Source: an uncultured Actinomycetes bacterium
GTDB taxonomy: Bacteria > Actinomycetota > Acidimicrobiia > IMCC26256 > DASPTH01
DNA: 64,000 bases
Assembly: GCA_963721435.1 (NCBI GenBank)
Contig: CAVRJC010000003.1
Span: forward strand, 8,183 to 72,182
Direction: 5' to 3'
Within the stretch, counting starts at the first letter, position 1. Each line of letters opens with the position of its first letter. The notes beneath the pieces are model-generated. The model ran no database searches and had not been told where the DNA came from. It worked only from the letters and a program-made list of their open reading frames with translations. A program made the position numbers and the translations under genes. Of the stretch, positions 11,773 through 21,553 are shown piece by piece.

Positions 11773-11948
11773 CGTCACTCTCCGTGAGGTTCCGCGGAGG
11801 GTGGCGGGTAAGGAGCTGAGACCGCCAGGACCTTCGGTCACCTGGTACAAGTACCTGGCGCGAGCGCAGTGGTGAGACCGGCCTTTCCCTGAGTCGCGGG
11901 CGACGTTTCGGCGGACAGTGCCGAGACCAGGGGAAACAGGGGAACCCG
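11773..11948 (+). ncRNA. Candidate structured cis-regulatory 5' leader (unassigned family)
   Basis: Several nested stems, mutually exclusive pairings, and a last stem adjacent to the RBS. Upstream promoter-like TTGCAA-N18-GAGACT (11737-11766). Confidence 0.35.
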
Positions 11949-14156
11949 ATGGGCGAGGGATCGACGGCAACTCCCAAACAGCGCGCGTCGGACCATCGTC
12001 GCGCGCGCGCAACGCTTGCCGGGGTCCTCTTCACGCTCGTCGTCGCAGTGGCGGTGACGCCGTTCGCAACCGCCTGGGCCGACACGAGCACTCTTCCCAC
12101 GTCGGTCGAGACGACGAGCGGGTCCTCGCACGCCACGCGCTTCTCTGCCGCCGAGGCCGTCGCGCCGAGCGCCGATCCCGTGCCGGGAACACTCACCATC
12201 AATGCGGGTGGCGACCGCGTCGGCGGCGACATCGCGGGGGCAGCTGGTGCAGTCTTCAGCCTCTACACCGATGCCGACCTCACGGTGCCGGCGACGCCGG
12301 CCACGTGCGGCCCGACGAACGCAAGCGGCGTGTGCTCCGTGTCACTACCGCCCGGAACGTTCTACGCCGTGGAGACGACGGCGCCGCCCGGGTATCAGAC
12401 GCTGCCGCAACTCGCCACCGACCCTGACGACACCACTCGTGACTACACGAACGCGATCGGCCCGCTCACGATCACGTCGGGCAGCACTGTGACGATCCCC
12501 AACAACACCGGCTTGTCCACGAGCGATTACAACTACAACTCGGGCAAGTACTCCAACCGCCGGGTCAACCCGCCGTTGCCGTCGGTGTGCGGCTTCAACA
12601 TCGCGTTGGTGCTCGACATGTCGGGCTCGATCGATGACACCGAGTTCGGCCAGATGAAGGCCGCGGCCAAGGACTTCGTCACGTCGCTGGGTGGCACGCC
12701 GTCGTCGGTCGGCGTCTATCCGTTCGCGACTGCTGCACCTGCAGCAGGGAACACCAATCTCGCAGCCACCTCGGTGTCGACCGCCGCCGGCGTCACCACT
12801 GTCACGGACGCGATCGACAATCTGGTGAAGCCGACCGAGGGCAGCTCGACGAATTGGGACGCCGCGCTCGCGCAGATCCCGAGCGGGTACGACCTCGTGA
12901 TGGTCCTCACCGATGGCAACCCGACCGTCGACAGCACCAGTGTCAGCCCGTCCGGCACGAACTTCCACCGGATCGAGAACGGCATCGCGTCGGCCAACAC
13001 GGTCAAGACGCTCGTCGGCGGCCATGGCGCGAACACCCGCGTGCTCGGCATCGGCATCGGCATCGGCGCCGAGTCGGTCAAGAATCTCGCCGCGATCTCC
13101 GGGCCGACCGCATACAACGGCTCGAATGCCGCGACCGCCGACTACTTCACGACCGGCTTCGACACGCTGCGCGACACACTCGCATCGATCGCGAAGGCGC
13201 AATGTGTGGTGGATCTCGTGATCACGAAGAACGCGAGCCAGCCGGCGGTGTCGGTGGGCCAGCCGTTCAGCTACACCGTGGCCGTCGACAACCTCGGTCC
13301 GTCGGGCGCCACCGTCGATGCGGCGGTTATCGACGTCTTGCCTGCCGGCGTGTCGTTCGTGTCCTTCGTCGAGCTCCCTCCCGGCGTGGTCTGCGATCCG
13401 CCGGTCGGTCGGACGATCTCCTGCACGATTCCGAAGGGGCTGCTGGAGCTGGCCGACCCGCCGGTGTCGATCACGATGAATGTGACGGTGGCGTCGACGC
13501 CACAGACTGTCCCGCTGGTGAACAAGGTCATCGTGACGAGCTCCGACGATGCAGCGCCCTGCGCGGTGACCCCCACCGACATCACATGTGAGCCGGCGAA
13601 CACGAACAACTACGACGACGTGTCGGTCGGCTTCACCAGCCTCACCATCGTCAAGGACGCGCAGCCGAAAACCTCGACACCGTTCCAGTTCACCGTGACG
13701 GGTGGCGCCCTACCGTCCAGCTTCTCGCTGGTCGATGACGGCACCAACGGCAACCGTCAGGTGATCGGGAACATCGCGGCCGGCCAGCAGTACGTCATCA
13801 CGGAGTTCCAGCCTGCCGACGGCAGCTATGCGCTCAGCGCCATCAGCTGTACAGGCGGCGGGACCGGGTCGACGATCGTCGCCCTGGCGCGGGCGTCTCT
13901 GACCCTCGCTCCTGGTGACCAGGTGGTCTGCACGTTCGTGAACGGGGCCATCGACCCGGGCGGCGTGAGCACGACGACCGGCGCCGGCTCGGGCACGGGC
14001 ACCGGCACGGGAACGAGTGCCGGGCCGCTCGCATTCACCGGTTCCGGCATCGCGCGGATCTTCGGGCTCGGCATCCTGCTCGCCGTGTTGGGTCTGGCGC
14101 TGGTGGTCGAAATGCGACGCCGGCGCCGCCCTGACGACCGCATGGGTGTCACCTGA
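11949..14156 (+). CDS. Sortase-anchored surface protein with VWA, DUF11-like and prealbumin/SpaA-like domains
   Basis: N-terminal hydrophobic signal; MIDAS DMSGS and LTDG; DLVITKNA..YTVAVDNLGPS; C-terminal LAFTG, transmembrane helix and RRRRR. Confidence 0.8.
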   Translation: MGEGSTATPKQRASDHRRARATLAGVLFTLVVAVAVTPFATAWADTSTLPTSVETTSGSSHATRFSAAEAVAPSADPVPGTLTINAGGDRVGGDIAGAAGAVFSLYTDADLTVPATPATCGPTNASGVCSVSLPPGTFYAVETTAPPGYQTLPQLATDPDDTTRDYTNAIGPLTITSGSTVTIPNNTGLSTSDYNYNSGKYSNRRVNPPLPSVCGFNIALVLDMSGSIDDTEFGQMKAAAKDFVTSLGGTPSSVGVYPFATAAPAAGNTNLAATSVSTAAGVTTVTDAIDNLVKPTEGSSTNWDAALAQIPSGYDLVMVLTDGNPTVDSTSVSPSGTNFHRIENGIASANTVKTLVGGHGANTRVLGIGIGIGAESVKNLAAISGPTAYNGSNAATADYFTTGFDTLRDTLASIAKAQCVVDLVITKNASQPAVSVGQPFSYTVAVDNLGPSGATVDAAVIDVLPAGVSFVSFVELPPGVVCDPPVGRTISCTIPKGLLELADPPVSITMNVTVASTPQTVPLVNKVIVTSSDDAAPCAVTPTDITCEPANTNNYDDVSVGFTSLTIVKDAQPKTSTPFQFTVTGGALPSSFSLVDDGTNGNRQVIGNIAAGQQYVITEFQPADGSYALSAISCTGGGTGSTIVALARASLTLAPGDQVVCTFVNGAIDPGGVSTTTGAGSGTGTGTGTSAGPLAFTGSGIARIFGLGILLAVLGLALVVEMRRRRRPDDRMGVT

Positions 14157-14190
14157 CATCTCCCTCACACGGACGTGTCATCCTCGCGTC

Positions 14191-15486
14191 GTGCCGGCCC
14201 AGGCGTCGTCCCGTGAGCGCGTCTCCCACGTCATACGACGTCTGTCGATGGGGGCACATCCCGAGGTGCTCGCCGATCTGCGCGACACCGGGGCCGCGAC
14301 GGCGCGGGCGCTCGACCTGTCGGCCGCCCCGGCGGCGCCGCTGAACTTCCCGGCCCCGGCCGACTACACGGCCAGCCGGGACCTCACGACGATCGCCCAG
14401 CCGATCTCGTGGTGGTTCGCGCGGATGGCGAGCCCCGACCGAATGATCGAGGAGCGCCTCGTCTGGTTCTGGCACGACCACTTCGCCACCAGCCTCGCGA
14501 AGGTTCTCCAGCCCTACCTGATGTGGAAGCAGCACCTGACCCTGCGCCAGCACGCCACCGGGAACTTCGCCGACATGCTCAAGGCCGTCTCGCGCGACCC
14601 CGCGATGGTGCTGTACCTCGACGGCATCAAGAACTCGGCGCAGCAGCGCAACGAGAACTTCGGCCGCGAGGTGCTCGAGCTCTTCACCATGGGCCGCGAC
14701 GGCGGCTACACGCAGGACGACGTCGTCGCCGCGTCGCGAGCGTTCACCGGCTGGGTCGTCGACGTCCCCGGCCGCATCGGCAACCAGCTCAACTCGCCGT
14801 GGAACGCGGTCTTCGTGGCGCGTCGTCACGACACCGGCGTGAAGACGTTCCTCGGGAAGACGGGCGCGTTCGACATGGACGGCGCGCTCGACGTGGTCCT
14901 CGGGCACCCGTCGACCGCGAAGTTCGTGGCCGCGAAGTTGTACCGCGAGATCGTCGGCACGACTCCCACCGACGCGACAGTCCAGCGCCTCGGCAAGACG
15001 TTTCGCCGCGACTACGAGATCATGCCGTTGGTCGAGGCGATCGTGCAGGACGACGCGTTCGTCTCCGACGACGCGGTGCGGTCGAAGTACCGGACCCCGG
15101 TCGAGAAGGTCGTCGCGATCATGCAGGCGAGTGGCACCGACGCGGTGAACCTCGGGCAGGTGCGTGCGCGTGCGACGCAGAACGGGCGGCGAGGCTCGTT
15201 GTCGACGGCGCTGCGCACGATGAGCTATCTCCCGTTCCTCCCGCCGAACGTCGGCGGCTACCCGAAGGGCGCGCGTCTCATCGGGCCGGGGAACCTCGTG
15301 CACTCCTTCGACCTGCTGCAGTCGGTGGTCGCGCCGCCGACGAAGCGCCAGTCGGTCGACGACGTGTTCGCATCGCTCGGCGTGTTCGATGTCAGCGACC
15401 GATCGCGCGCGGTCCTCGCGAAGCAGCACAGCCCGTCGACCCGCTTCTCGCTCGCGGTCACGTCACCGGAGTTCACGCTCACATGA
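14191..15486 (+). CDS. DUF1800 family protein
   Basis: ERLVWFWHDHFAT, DPAMVLYLDG, NENFGREVLELFTMG, YTQDDV. Confidence 0.9.
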   Translation: MPAQASSRERVSHVIRRLSMGAHPEVLADLRDTGAATARALDLSAAPAAPLNFPAPADYTASRDLTTIAQPISWWFARMASPDRMIEERLVWFWHDHFATSLAKVLQPYLMWKQHLTLRQHATGNFADMLKAVSRDPAMVLYLDGIKNSAQQRNENFGREVLELFTMGRDGGYTQDDVVAASRAFTGWVVDVPGRIGNQLNSPWNAVFVARRHDTGVKTFLGKTGAFDMDGALDVVLGHPSTAKFVAAKLYREIVGTTPTDATVQRLGKTFRRDYEIMPLVEAIVQDDAFVSDDAVRSKYRTPVEKVVAIMQASGTDAVNLGQVRARATQNGRRGSLSTALRTMSYLPFLPPNVGGYPKGARLIGPGNLVHSFDLLQSVVAPPTKRQSVDDVFASLGVFDVSDRSRAVLAKQHSPSTRFSLAVTSPEFTLT

Positions 15487-16789
15487 ACGCGCACATGTCG
15501 CGCCGGCGCTTCCTCACCGGCCTCGGTGTCGCGACGACTGCCGCGGTGGCGGCCGGGTACGGCCTCACGGTGTGGCAGAGCGACGGTTCGTCGGGAGGAT
15601 CGGGCACGGCGGCTGCGCCGCGTCCGACGACCGGAGCGCTCGGGCCCGGCCGCGCCGACCGCACCCTGATCGTCCTCGAGCTCGGAGGTGGGAACGACGG
15701 GCTCAGCACGGTCGTACCGATGGCCGACCCCAACTACCGCGCGCTGCGGCCGACGCTTGCGGTCGCGGATGCCATCGCGCTCGACGACTCCGTCGGCCTG
15801 AGCCCGAAGCTGGTCAAGCTCGCGGAGCGCTACAAGGCGGGGCAGGTCGCGATCATCGAGGGCGTCGGCTATCCCGACCCGAACCTCTCGCACTTCGCGT
15901 CGCTCGCCTACTGGTGGACGGGCACGCCGGGTACCGGTGACGGCAGCGGGTGGATCGGTCGGTACCTCGACGGCACGGTCGGGTTCGACGACCCACTCGC
16001 AGCGATCAGCATCGGTCCGGTCCCGTCACCCGCGCTCCTCGGCAACCAGTCGTTCGCGACGTCGATCGCCGACACGACCGGGCTCCAGCCGTCGGTGCCC
16101 GCGTGGGCCGACACCCCGGACGATCTCATCGCCGCGTGGGGCGGGTTCACGCCTGCGTCGCCAGATCCCGCGTCGCTGCTCGGGCAGGTCCAGGAGGCGA
16201 TCCACCTCACGGTGAAGGCGCGGTCGCAACTCGACGCCGACCTCAGCGACGCCCAGTCGTCGACGGGGCCGAGCGATGGCCTGTACGCCAACCAGGCCGG
16301 CAAGCAGGGGAGCACCGTCTCCGAGTCGTTGAAGCTCGCGGCCCAGCTCGTCGTCGCCAAGCACCCGCCGCGGGTCATCTACGTGAGCGGCCTCGGCGAC
16401 TACGACACCCACCAGGGTCTGGCCGCTCGTCACCCGGTGCTGATGGCCGACCTCGACCTCGGTCTCGATACGTTCTTCACCACGCTCGACACCGCGGGCG
16501 GGACCGATCGCGCGCTGGTGATGACGGTGTCGGAGTTCGGGCGCCGGCCGGCCGAGAACGGGAGCGGCACCGACCACGGCACTGCGGCGCCGCACTTCCT
16601 CATCGGGGCGGGCGTCAAGGGCGGGCGCTACGGCGCGCCGCCGAGCTCACCCAGCTCGACAACAACGGCAACCTCGTGCACACGGTCGACTTCCGCACGT
16701 TGTACGCCACCGCCGCGCAAGGCTGGCTCGGCGTCGACGCCGAGGCAATCGTCGGCAAGGGCTTCGCGCCCCTCCCTGTCCTCGCCTGA
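15483..16789 (+). CDS. DUF1501 family protein with Tat signal (apparent -1 frameshift near 16646)
   Basis: SRRRFL, LGGGNDGL, YPDPNLSHF, YDTH, SEFGRR, GTDHG. The C-terminus LDNNGNLVHTVDFR lies in another frame. Confidence 0.88.
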
Positions 16790-16806
16790 CCGGTTACCGT
16801 CCCCGC

Positions 16807-18111
16807 ATGAAGGTGGGGATCTTCTACGAGCACCAGTTGCCGCGGCCGTGGGAGGAAGGCGCCGAGGCGCGGCTCATCCGCGACGCGCTCGACCAGTGCG
16901 AGCTCGCGGACGCAATCGGGATCGACTACGTGTGGGAGGTCGAGCACCACTTCCTCGAGGAGTACAGCCACTCGAGCGCGCCCGAGGTGTTCCTCGGCGC
17001 GGTGTCGCAGCGCACGAACCGCATCCGCCTCGGTCACGGGATCGTGCAGACGCCGCCGCCGTTCAACCATCCGGCGCGCGTCGCGGAGCGTGTGGCGATG
17101 CTCGACCTCGTGTCGGCCGGCCGCGCCGACTTCGGTACGGGTGAGTCGTCGTCGGAGGCGGAGCTCGGCGGGTTCCTCATCGATCCCGAGGAGAAGCGCG
17201 CGATGTGGGAGGAAGGCCTGCGGGTCGCGCTGCGGTGCATGACGGAGACACCGTTCACCGGGCATGCCGGCCAGTACGTCACGATGCCGCCGCGCAACGT
17301 GGTACCCAAGCCGATCCAGAAGCCGCACCCGCCGGTGTGGGTGGCGGCGAGCCGGCGCGAGACCATTCACCTCGCGGCACAGAAGGGCATCGGCGCGCTC
17401 GCGTTCGCGTTCATCAATCCCGAAGAGGCGCAGCACTGGATGACCGACTACTACGACACGCTCGCGGCGGAGTGCGTGCCGATCGGCGATGTCGTCAATC
17501 CCAACGTCGCGTGCGTCACCACCTTCATGTGCCACGAGGACGAGAGCGTCGCGATCGATCGCGGCCTCGAAGGCGCCAACTTCTTCGGATACTCGCTCGC
17601 GCACTACTACGTGTTCGGCCGTCATCAGCCGGGTCGCACCGACGTGTGGGCCGAGTACCGAGCACAGCGTGCGCAGCAGGGCTACTCGCCGGAGGCGGTC
17701 GAGGCCGCCATGACCGAGGGCGAGCGGCTCGGCGCGCAGATCGTGCAGCAGGAGGGCTTCTTCGGCCTGCGCGGCGCCATCGGCACGCCCGACCAGATCC
17801 GTGACTACCTGCGGCGCTACGAGGATGCCGGCGTCGACCAGGTGATCCTCTGCAGCCAGTCGGGGCACAACCGGCACGAGCACATCATGGAGAGCCTCGA
17901 GCTGTTCGGCCGCGAGGTCCTGCCGGAATTCATCGAACGCGACGAGCAGGCCCAACGCGACAAGGCGAAGCGCCTGGAGCCGGTGCTCGCCGCCGCGATG
18001 GCCCGCAAGCCGGCGTCCGATCATCCCCCTCTGGCCATCGACGACTACGAGTTCGCGGCGATGCCGCTCGATCCCGCGCTCCGCGCGCTACAGGACGATC
18101 TCTTCTCCTGA
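16807..18111 (+). CDS. LLM-class flavin-dependent oxidoreductase
   Basis: WEVEHHF, HPARVAERVAMLD, PKPIQKPHPP. Confidence 0.9.
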   Translation: MKVGIFYEHQLPRPWEEGAEARLIRDALDQCELADAIGIDYVWEVEHHFLEEYSHSSAPEVFLGAVSQRTNRIRLGHGIVQTPPPFNHPARVAERVAMLDLVSAGRADFGTGESSSEAELGGFLIDPEEKRAMWEEGLRVALRCMTETPFTGHAGQYVTMPPRNVVPKPIQKPHPPVWVAASRRETIHLAAQKGIGALAFAFINPEEAQHWMTDYYDTLAAECVPIGDVVNPNVACVTTFMCHEDESVAIDRGLEGANFFGYSLAHYYVFGRHQPGRTDVWAEYRAQRAQQGYSPEAVEAAMTEGERLGAQIVQQEGFFGLRGAIGTPDQIRDYLRRYEDAGVDQVILCSQSGHNRHEHIMESLELFGREVLPEFIERDEQAQRDKAKRLEPVLAAAMARKPASDHPPLAIDDYEFAAMPLDPALRALQDDLFS

Positions 18112-18155
18112 TTCGCGAGCCTGCCCGACAATCTGGCGTCACTACCCTGACGTCC

Positions 18156-19230
18156 ATGTTCGATCGCCTTGGCGAACTGGAGACCGAGCTCGAGAAGCTC
18201 GAGGCGAGGTTGTCGGAGATCTACGCGTCCGGCGACCAGAACGCGCGCGCGCGAAGCCGGCCGTCGCCACGCCGAGATCAAGCCGATCGTCGACGCATAC
18301 CGCGAGTACCGCGCCACGGAGGCGGATCTCGCGGACGCGCGCGAGCTGCTGGTGTCGGAGGACGACGCCGAGATGCGCGAGTACCTGCAGGCGGAGATCG
18401 ACGCCAAGGACGCGCAGCTCACCGAGCTCGACGCGCAGCTCCGTGAGCTGCTGATCCCGCGCGACCCGGATGCCGGGCGCAACGTCATCGTCGAGATCCG
18501 CGGGGGAGAGGGCGGCGAGGAGGGCAACCTGTGGGCGGCCGACCTCTTCCACATGTACGAGGGCTACGCGGACCTGCATCGTTGGAAGGTCGAGGTCCTC
18601 GATCGCCAGCTCTCCGACATGGGCGGCTTCCGCGACATCACGTTCGTGGTCAAGGGCGACGACGCCTGGTCGCGGCTCAAGCACGAAGCGGGCGTCCACC
18701 GCGTGCAGCGTGTGCCGGTCACCGAGAGCCAGGGTCGCGTGCATACGAGCGCGGCGTCGGTCGCGGTGCTGCCGGAAGCCGAGGAAGTCGACGTCGACAT
18801 CAACGAGCACGAGCTCCAGGTCGACGTCTACCGGTCGAGTGGGCCGGGGGGTCAGTCGGTGAACACCACCGACTCGGCGGTGCGCCTCACTCACAAGCCG
18901 ACCGGCCTCGTCGTCACCTGCCAGGACGAGAAGAGCCAGCTCCAGAACAAGGAGAAGGCGCTGCGCATCCTGCGGAGCCGGTTGCTCGAGGCCGAGCGTG
19001 AGCGGCAGGAGGCCGAGATGTCGTCCACCCGGCGCGATCAGGTGAAGAGCGGTGGCCGGTCCGACAAGATCCGCACGTACAACTACAAGGAAAACCGCGT
19101 CACCGACCATCGCATCGGGCTCACGCTGCACTCGCTCGACAACGTGCTCACCGGTCAGCTCGACGATCTCACCGATGCGCTGGCGGTGGCCGAGCGCGCC
19201 GAGCAGCTCGGCGGCGACGGCCGCGCGTGA
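18156..19230 (+). CDS. prfA: Peptide chain release factor 1 (apparent frameshift in the (GC)5 run 18243-18252)
   Basis: VQRVPVTE (PxT), [27 protein letters not shown]. Confidence 0.95.
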
Positions 19231-19249
19231 TCGCGCTTTCCTGCTGACG

Positions 19250-20158
19250 GTGCGCACCTGGCGAGAGCTGCGTGAGCAGACGGAGCGGGAGCTGCGCGCG
19301 CTCGCGGTCGACGCGCCCGACTCCGAAGCGCGGTGGATGATCGAGCGCGTCTCGGGCTACGACGGCGTGGAGCTCGTCATGGGCGAGAGCGAGCCCGCCA
19401 CCGACGCGGCGTCCGCGCACGTCGACGACATGGTCGCGCGCCGCGCGCGCGGGGAGCCGTTGCAGTACGTGCTCGGGGAGTGGCAGTTCCTCGGCCTCGA
19501 CCTGATCGTCGACCGGCGCGTGCTGGTGCCGCGTCCGGAGACCGAAGTGGTTGCGCAAGTCGCGATCGACGAAGCCGCGCGCCTCGGGGCGCGGCGTGGG
19601 CCGCCGGAGCCGTGGACGATGGTGGACGACGCGTTCCCGCTCGTCGACCTCGGGACGGGATCGGGCGCGCTCGCGCTGGCGTTGGTCACGGCGCTCCCCG
19701 AGGTGCTGGTGTGGGCGACCGACGCGAGCGACGACGCACTGGCCGTCGCCCGCGCCAACCTCTCCGGTACCGGAGTGGCCGCGACGCGCGTGCGGCTCGC
19801 GTCGGGCTCGTGGTTCGACGCGCTGCCCGACGACCTGCGGGGCCGCATCCGGGTGATCGTGGCGAACCCGCCGTACATCGCGGAGCACGAGGTCGCCGAC
19901 CTCCCTCGCGACGTGATCGAGTGGGAGCCCTACGGCGCGCTGGTCAGTGGCCCGACCGGTATGGAGTCCATCGCGGCCATCGTCGCGGGCGCGCCCGACT
20001 GGCTCGACACGGACGGAGGCGCGCTCGTCGTGGAGCTCGCGCCGCACCAGGCGTCGGACGCGAGCGAACGCGCACGAGCCGCGGGGTTCCACGAGGTCAC
20101 GATCCGCGCCGACCTTGCCGGCCGCGACCGGGTGCTCGTGGCGCGGCTGTCTGGCTAG
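19250..20158 (+). CDS. prmC: Release factor glutamine methyltransferase
   Basis: GEPLQY, VLVPRPETE, DLGTGSG, NPPY. Confidence 0.93.
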   Translation: MRTWRELREQTERELRALAVDAPDSEARWMIERVSGYDGVELVMGESEPATDAASAHVDDMVARRARGEPLQYVLGEWQFLGLDLIVDRRVLVPRPETEVVAQVAIDEAARLGARRGPPEPWTMVDDAFPLVDLGTGSGALALALVTALPEVLVWATDASDDALAVARANLSGTGVAATRVRLASGSWFDALPDDLRGRIRVIVANPPYIAEHEVADLPRDVIEWEPYGALVSGPTGMESIAAIVAGAPDWLDTDGGALVVELAPHQASDASERARAAGFHEVTIRADLAGRDRVLVARLSG

Positions 20159-20169
20159 CGTTCCGAAAC

Positions 20170-20391
20170 ATGGCTGACGAGCTCGATGTCGACGCAATGA
20201 TCGCCCGGTTCCGCGAGCGGGCGGCGGCAGTGAAGGATCGGCCGCTCCCGCCGGTTGCCGGTGCGGACCGCCAGCGCTTCGTCGAGCAGGCCCAGCGTGA
20301 CTTCCAGGACTTCGCCATCATCGGCGACGCCACCTGGGACTTCACCGACGGCGTCCTGACCCTCCGTGTCGACCTCGCGGGCGGCAACTGA
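20170..20391 (+). CDS. Small hypothetical protein (73 aa)
   Basis: MADELDVDAMIARFRERA...; coding-like composition, preceded by TAGCGT. Confidence 0.6.
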   Translation: MADELDVDAMIARFRERAAAVKDRPLPPVAGADRQRFVEQAQRDFQDFAIIGDATWDFTDGVLTLRVDLAGGN

Positions 20392-20395
20392 CGAG

Positions 20396-20439
20396 AATAT
20401 GGGTGACCCATATTGTCATAGGTTGCTAGTATGGGTCAC
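20396..20439 (+). promoter_or_regulatory. Palindromic operator/promoter of vapBC
   Basis: AATATGGG-TGA-CCCATATT (20396-20414); GTGACCCATA...TATGGGTCAC (20403-20412 / 20430-20439); -10 TAGTAT at 20427-20432. Confidence 0.7.
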
Positions 20440-20682
20440 ATGAAGACGACCATCGACATCGCCGACGGGCTCCTCGAGGAGGCGAGGGCTGCGGCGCGTC
20501 GTCGTCATACGACGCTCCGTGCGCTCGTCGAGGACGGGCTGCGGCGGACGCTCGACGCGACCGACCCGGCGGCCTTCACGTTGCGAGACACGACGCTCCG
20601 CGGCGGGAGGGGGCTCGCGCCCGAGTTCAAGGATGCACAGTGGGACCGGATCCGCGACGTGATCTACGAGACGGGCACGTGA
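20440..20682 (+). CDS. vapB: VapB-type antitoxin (ribbon-helix-helix)
   Basis: MKTTIDIADGLL..A..TTLRALVEDGL; overlaps the PIN gene. Confidence 0.85.
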   Translation: MKTTIDIADGLLEEARAAARRRHTTLRALVEDGLRRTLDATDPAAFTLRDTTLRGGRGLAPEFKDAQWDRIRDVIYETGT

Positions 20683-21113
20683 TCGCGGTCGACACGAACG
20701 TGCTGGTCGCCGCGTCGCGTGACGACGCGCCCGGACACGAGTTGGCACGGCCCGCGCTCAGAGCGCTCGCCGAGGCGCCCGACGCGTGGGCGATTCCGTG
20801 GCCGTGCATGCACGAGTTCCTCGCGGTCGTCACGCACCCTCGGATCTTCGACCCGCCGACGAGTCTCGATCGCGCGCTCGATCAAGTCGACAGTTGGACC
20901 GAGTCGCCGTCGCTCGTCGTTCTCTCCGAGACCGTCAACTACTGGCCGCAGCTCCGCAGGGTGCTCGCAGCGTCGGATGTGATCGGACCCCGAGTGCACG
21001 ATGCACGGATCGCCGCGCTGTGTCTCGTCCATGGGATCGAAGAGCTCTGGACCCAGGACCGCGACTTCTCGCGCTTCCCGTCCTTGAAGACGCGGAACCC
21101 GCTTGCCGCGTAG
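20679..21113 (+). CDS. vapC: VapC PIN-domain toxin
   Basis: AVDTNVLV, conserved E, HDARIAA, TQDRDF. Confidence 0.9.
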   Translation: MIAVDTNVLVAASRDDAPGHELARPALRALAEAPDAWAIPWPCMHEFLAVVTHPRIFDPPTSLDRALDQVDSWTESPSLVVLSETVNYWPQLRRVLAASDVIGPRVHDARIAALCLVHGIEELWTQDRDFSRFPSLKTRNPLAA

Positions 21114-21142
21114 CGCGCGCCACATCGCGCGGGGAGCAACCG

Positions 21143-21553
21143 CTACATCTGCTCGTCGAGGCGCTCGCCGGCGTCCATGTGCTGGAGCAGCGCGCGGTCG
21201 ACGGCCACCCAGATCGTCTTGGAGAACGGGTAGAAGACGATCGGCAGGACGATCATCAGCGGAATGAGCACCGCCAAGATCGGCGCGACGGGGACCTTGG
21301 GAATGGTGAACGCGAGCGCGGTGATGAGTGCGATCGCAAACACCGCGGCGGTGAAGCCGATGTTGATCGCGAGCGCGCCGGCCCAGTAGCCCTCCTCGCG
21401 TTCGAAGTGCAGCCCGCAGCGCGGGCAGTCGTCGACGATGTCGAACCAATTGGTGAAGAGCAGGCCGGACCCGCAACGCGCGCAGTGCTTCGCGAACCCG
21501 CGCCGCATCATCTGGCCCTTGGACGCGGGTGCGACGGGTTGCATCACGTTCAC
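21143..21553 (-). CDS. DUF983 family membrane protein (CxxC...CxxC plus 2 transmembrane helices)
   Basis: CARCGSGLLF, CPRCGLHFEREEGYW; GTGA overlap with the upstream gene. Confidence 0.8.
   Translation of the reverse strand: MNVMQPVAPASKGQMMRRGFAKHCARCGSGLLFTNWFDIVDDCPRCGLHFEREEGYWAGALAINIGFTAAVFAIALITALAFTIPKVPVAPILAVLIPLMIVLPIVFYPFSKTIWVAVDRALLQHMDAGERLDEQM

Noticed and set aside
11802-11865. TPP riboswitch (GCUGAGA, ACCUG, CUGGCG resemble it)
   Set aside because: The canonical P4/P5 pairing and the AGCGUAGGGA-type element are absent, and the downstream gene is unrelated to thiamine.
18243-18252. Programmed frameshift in a release factor gene
   Set aside because: That mechanism belongs to prfB (CUU-UGA with an internal SD). 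This is RF1, the break is in a GC repeat with no stop at the site, and similar indels occur throughout the window.
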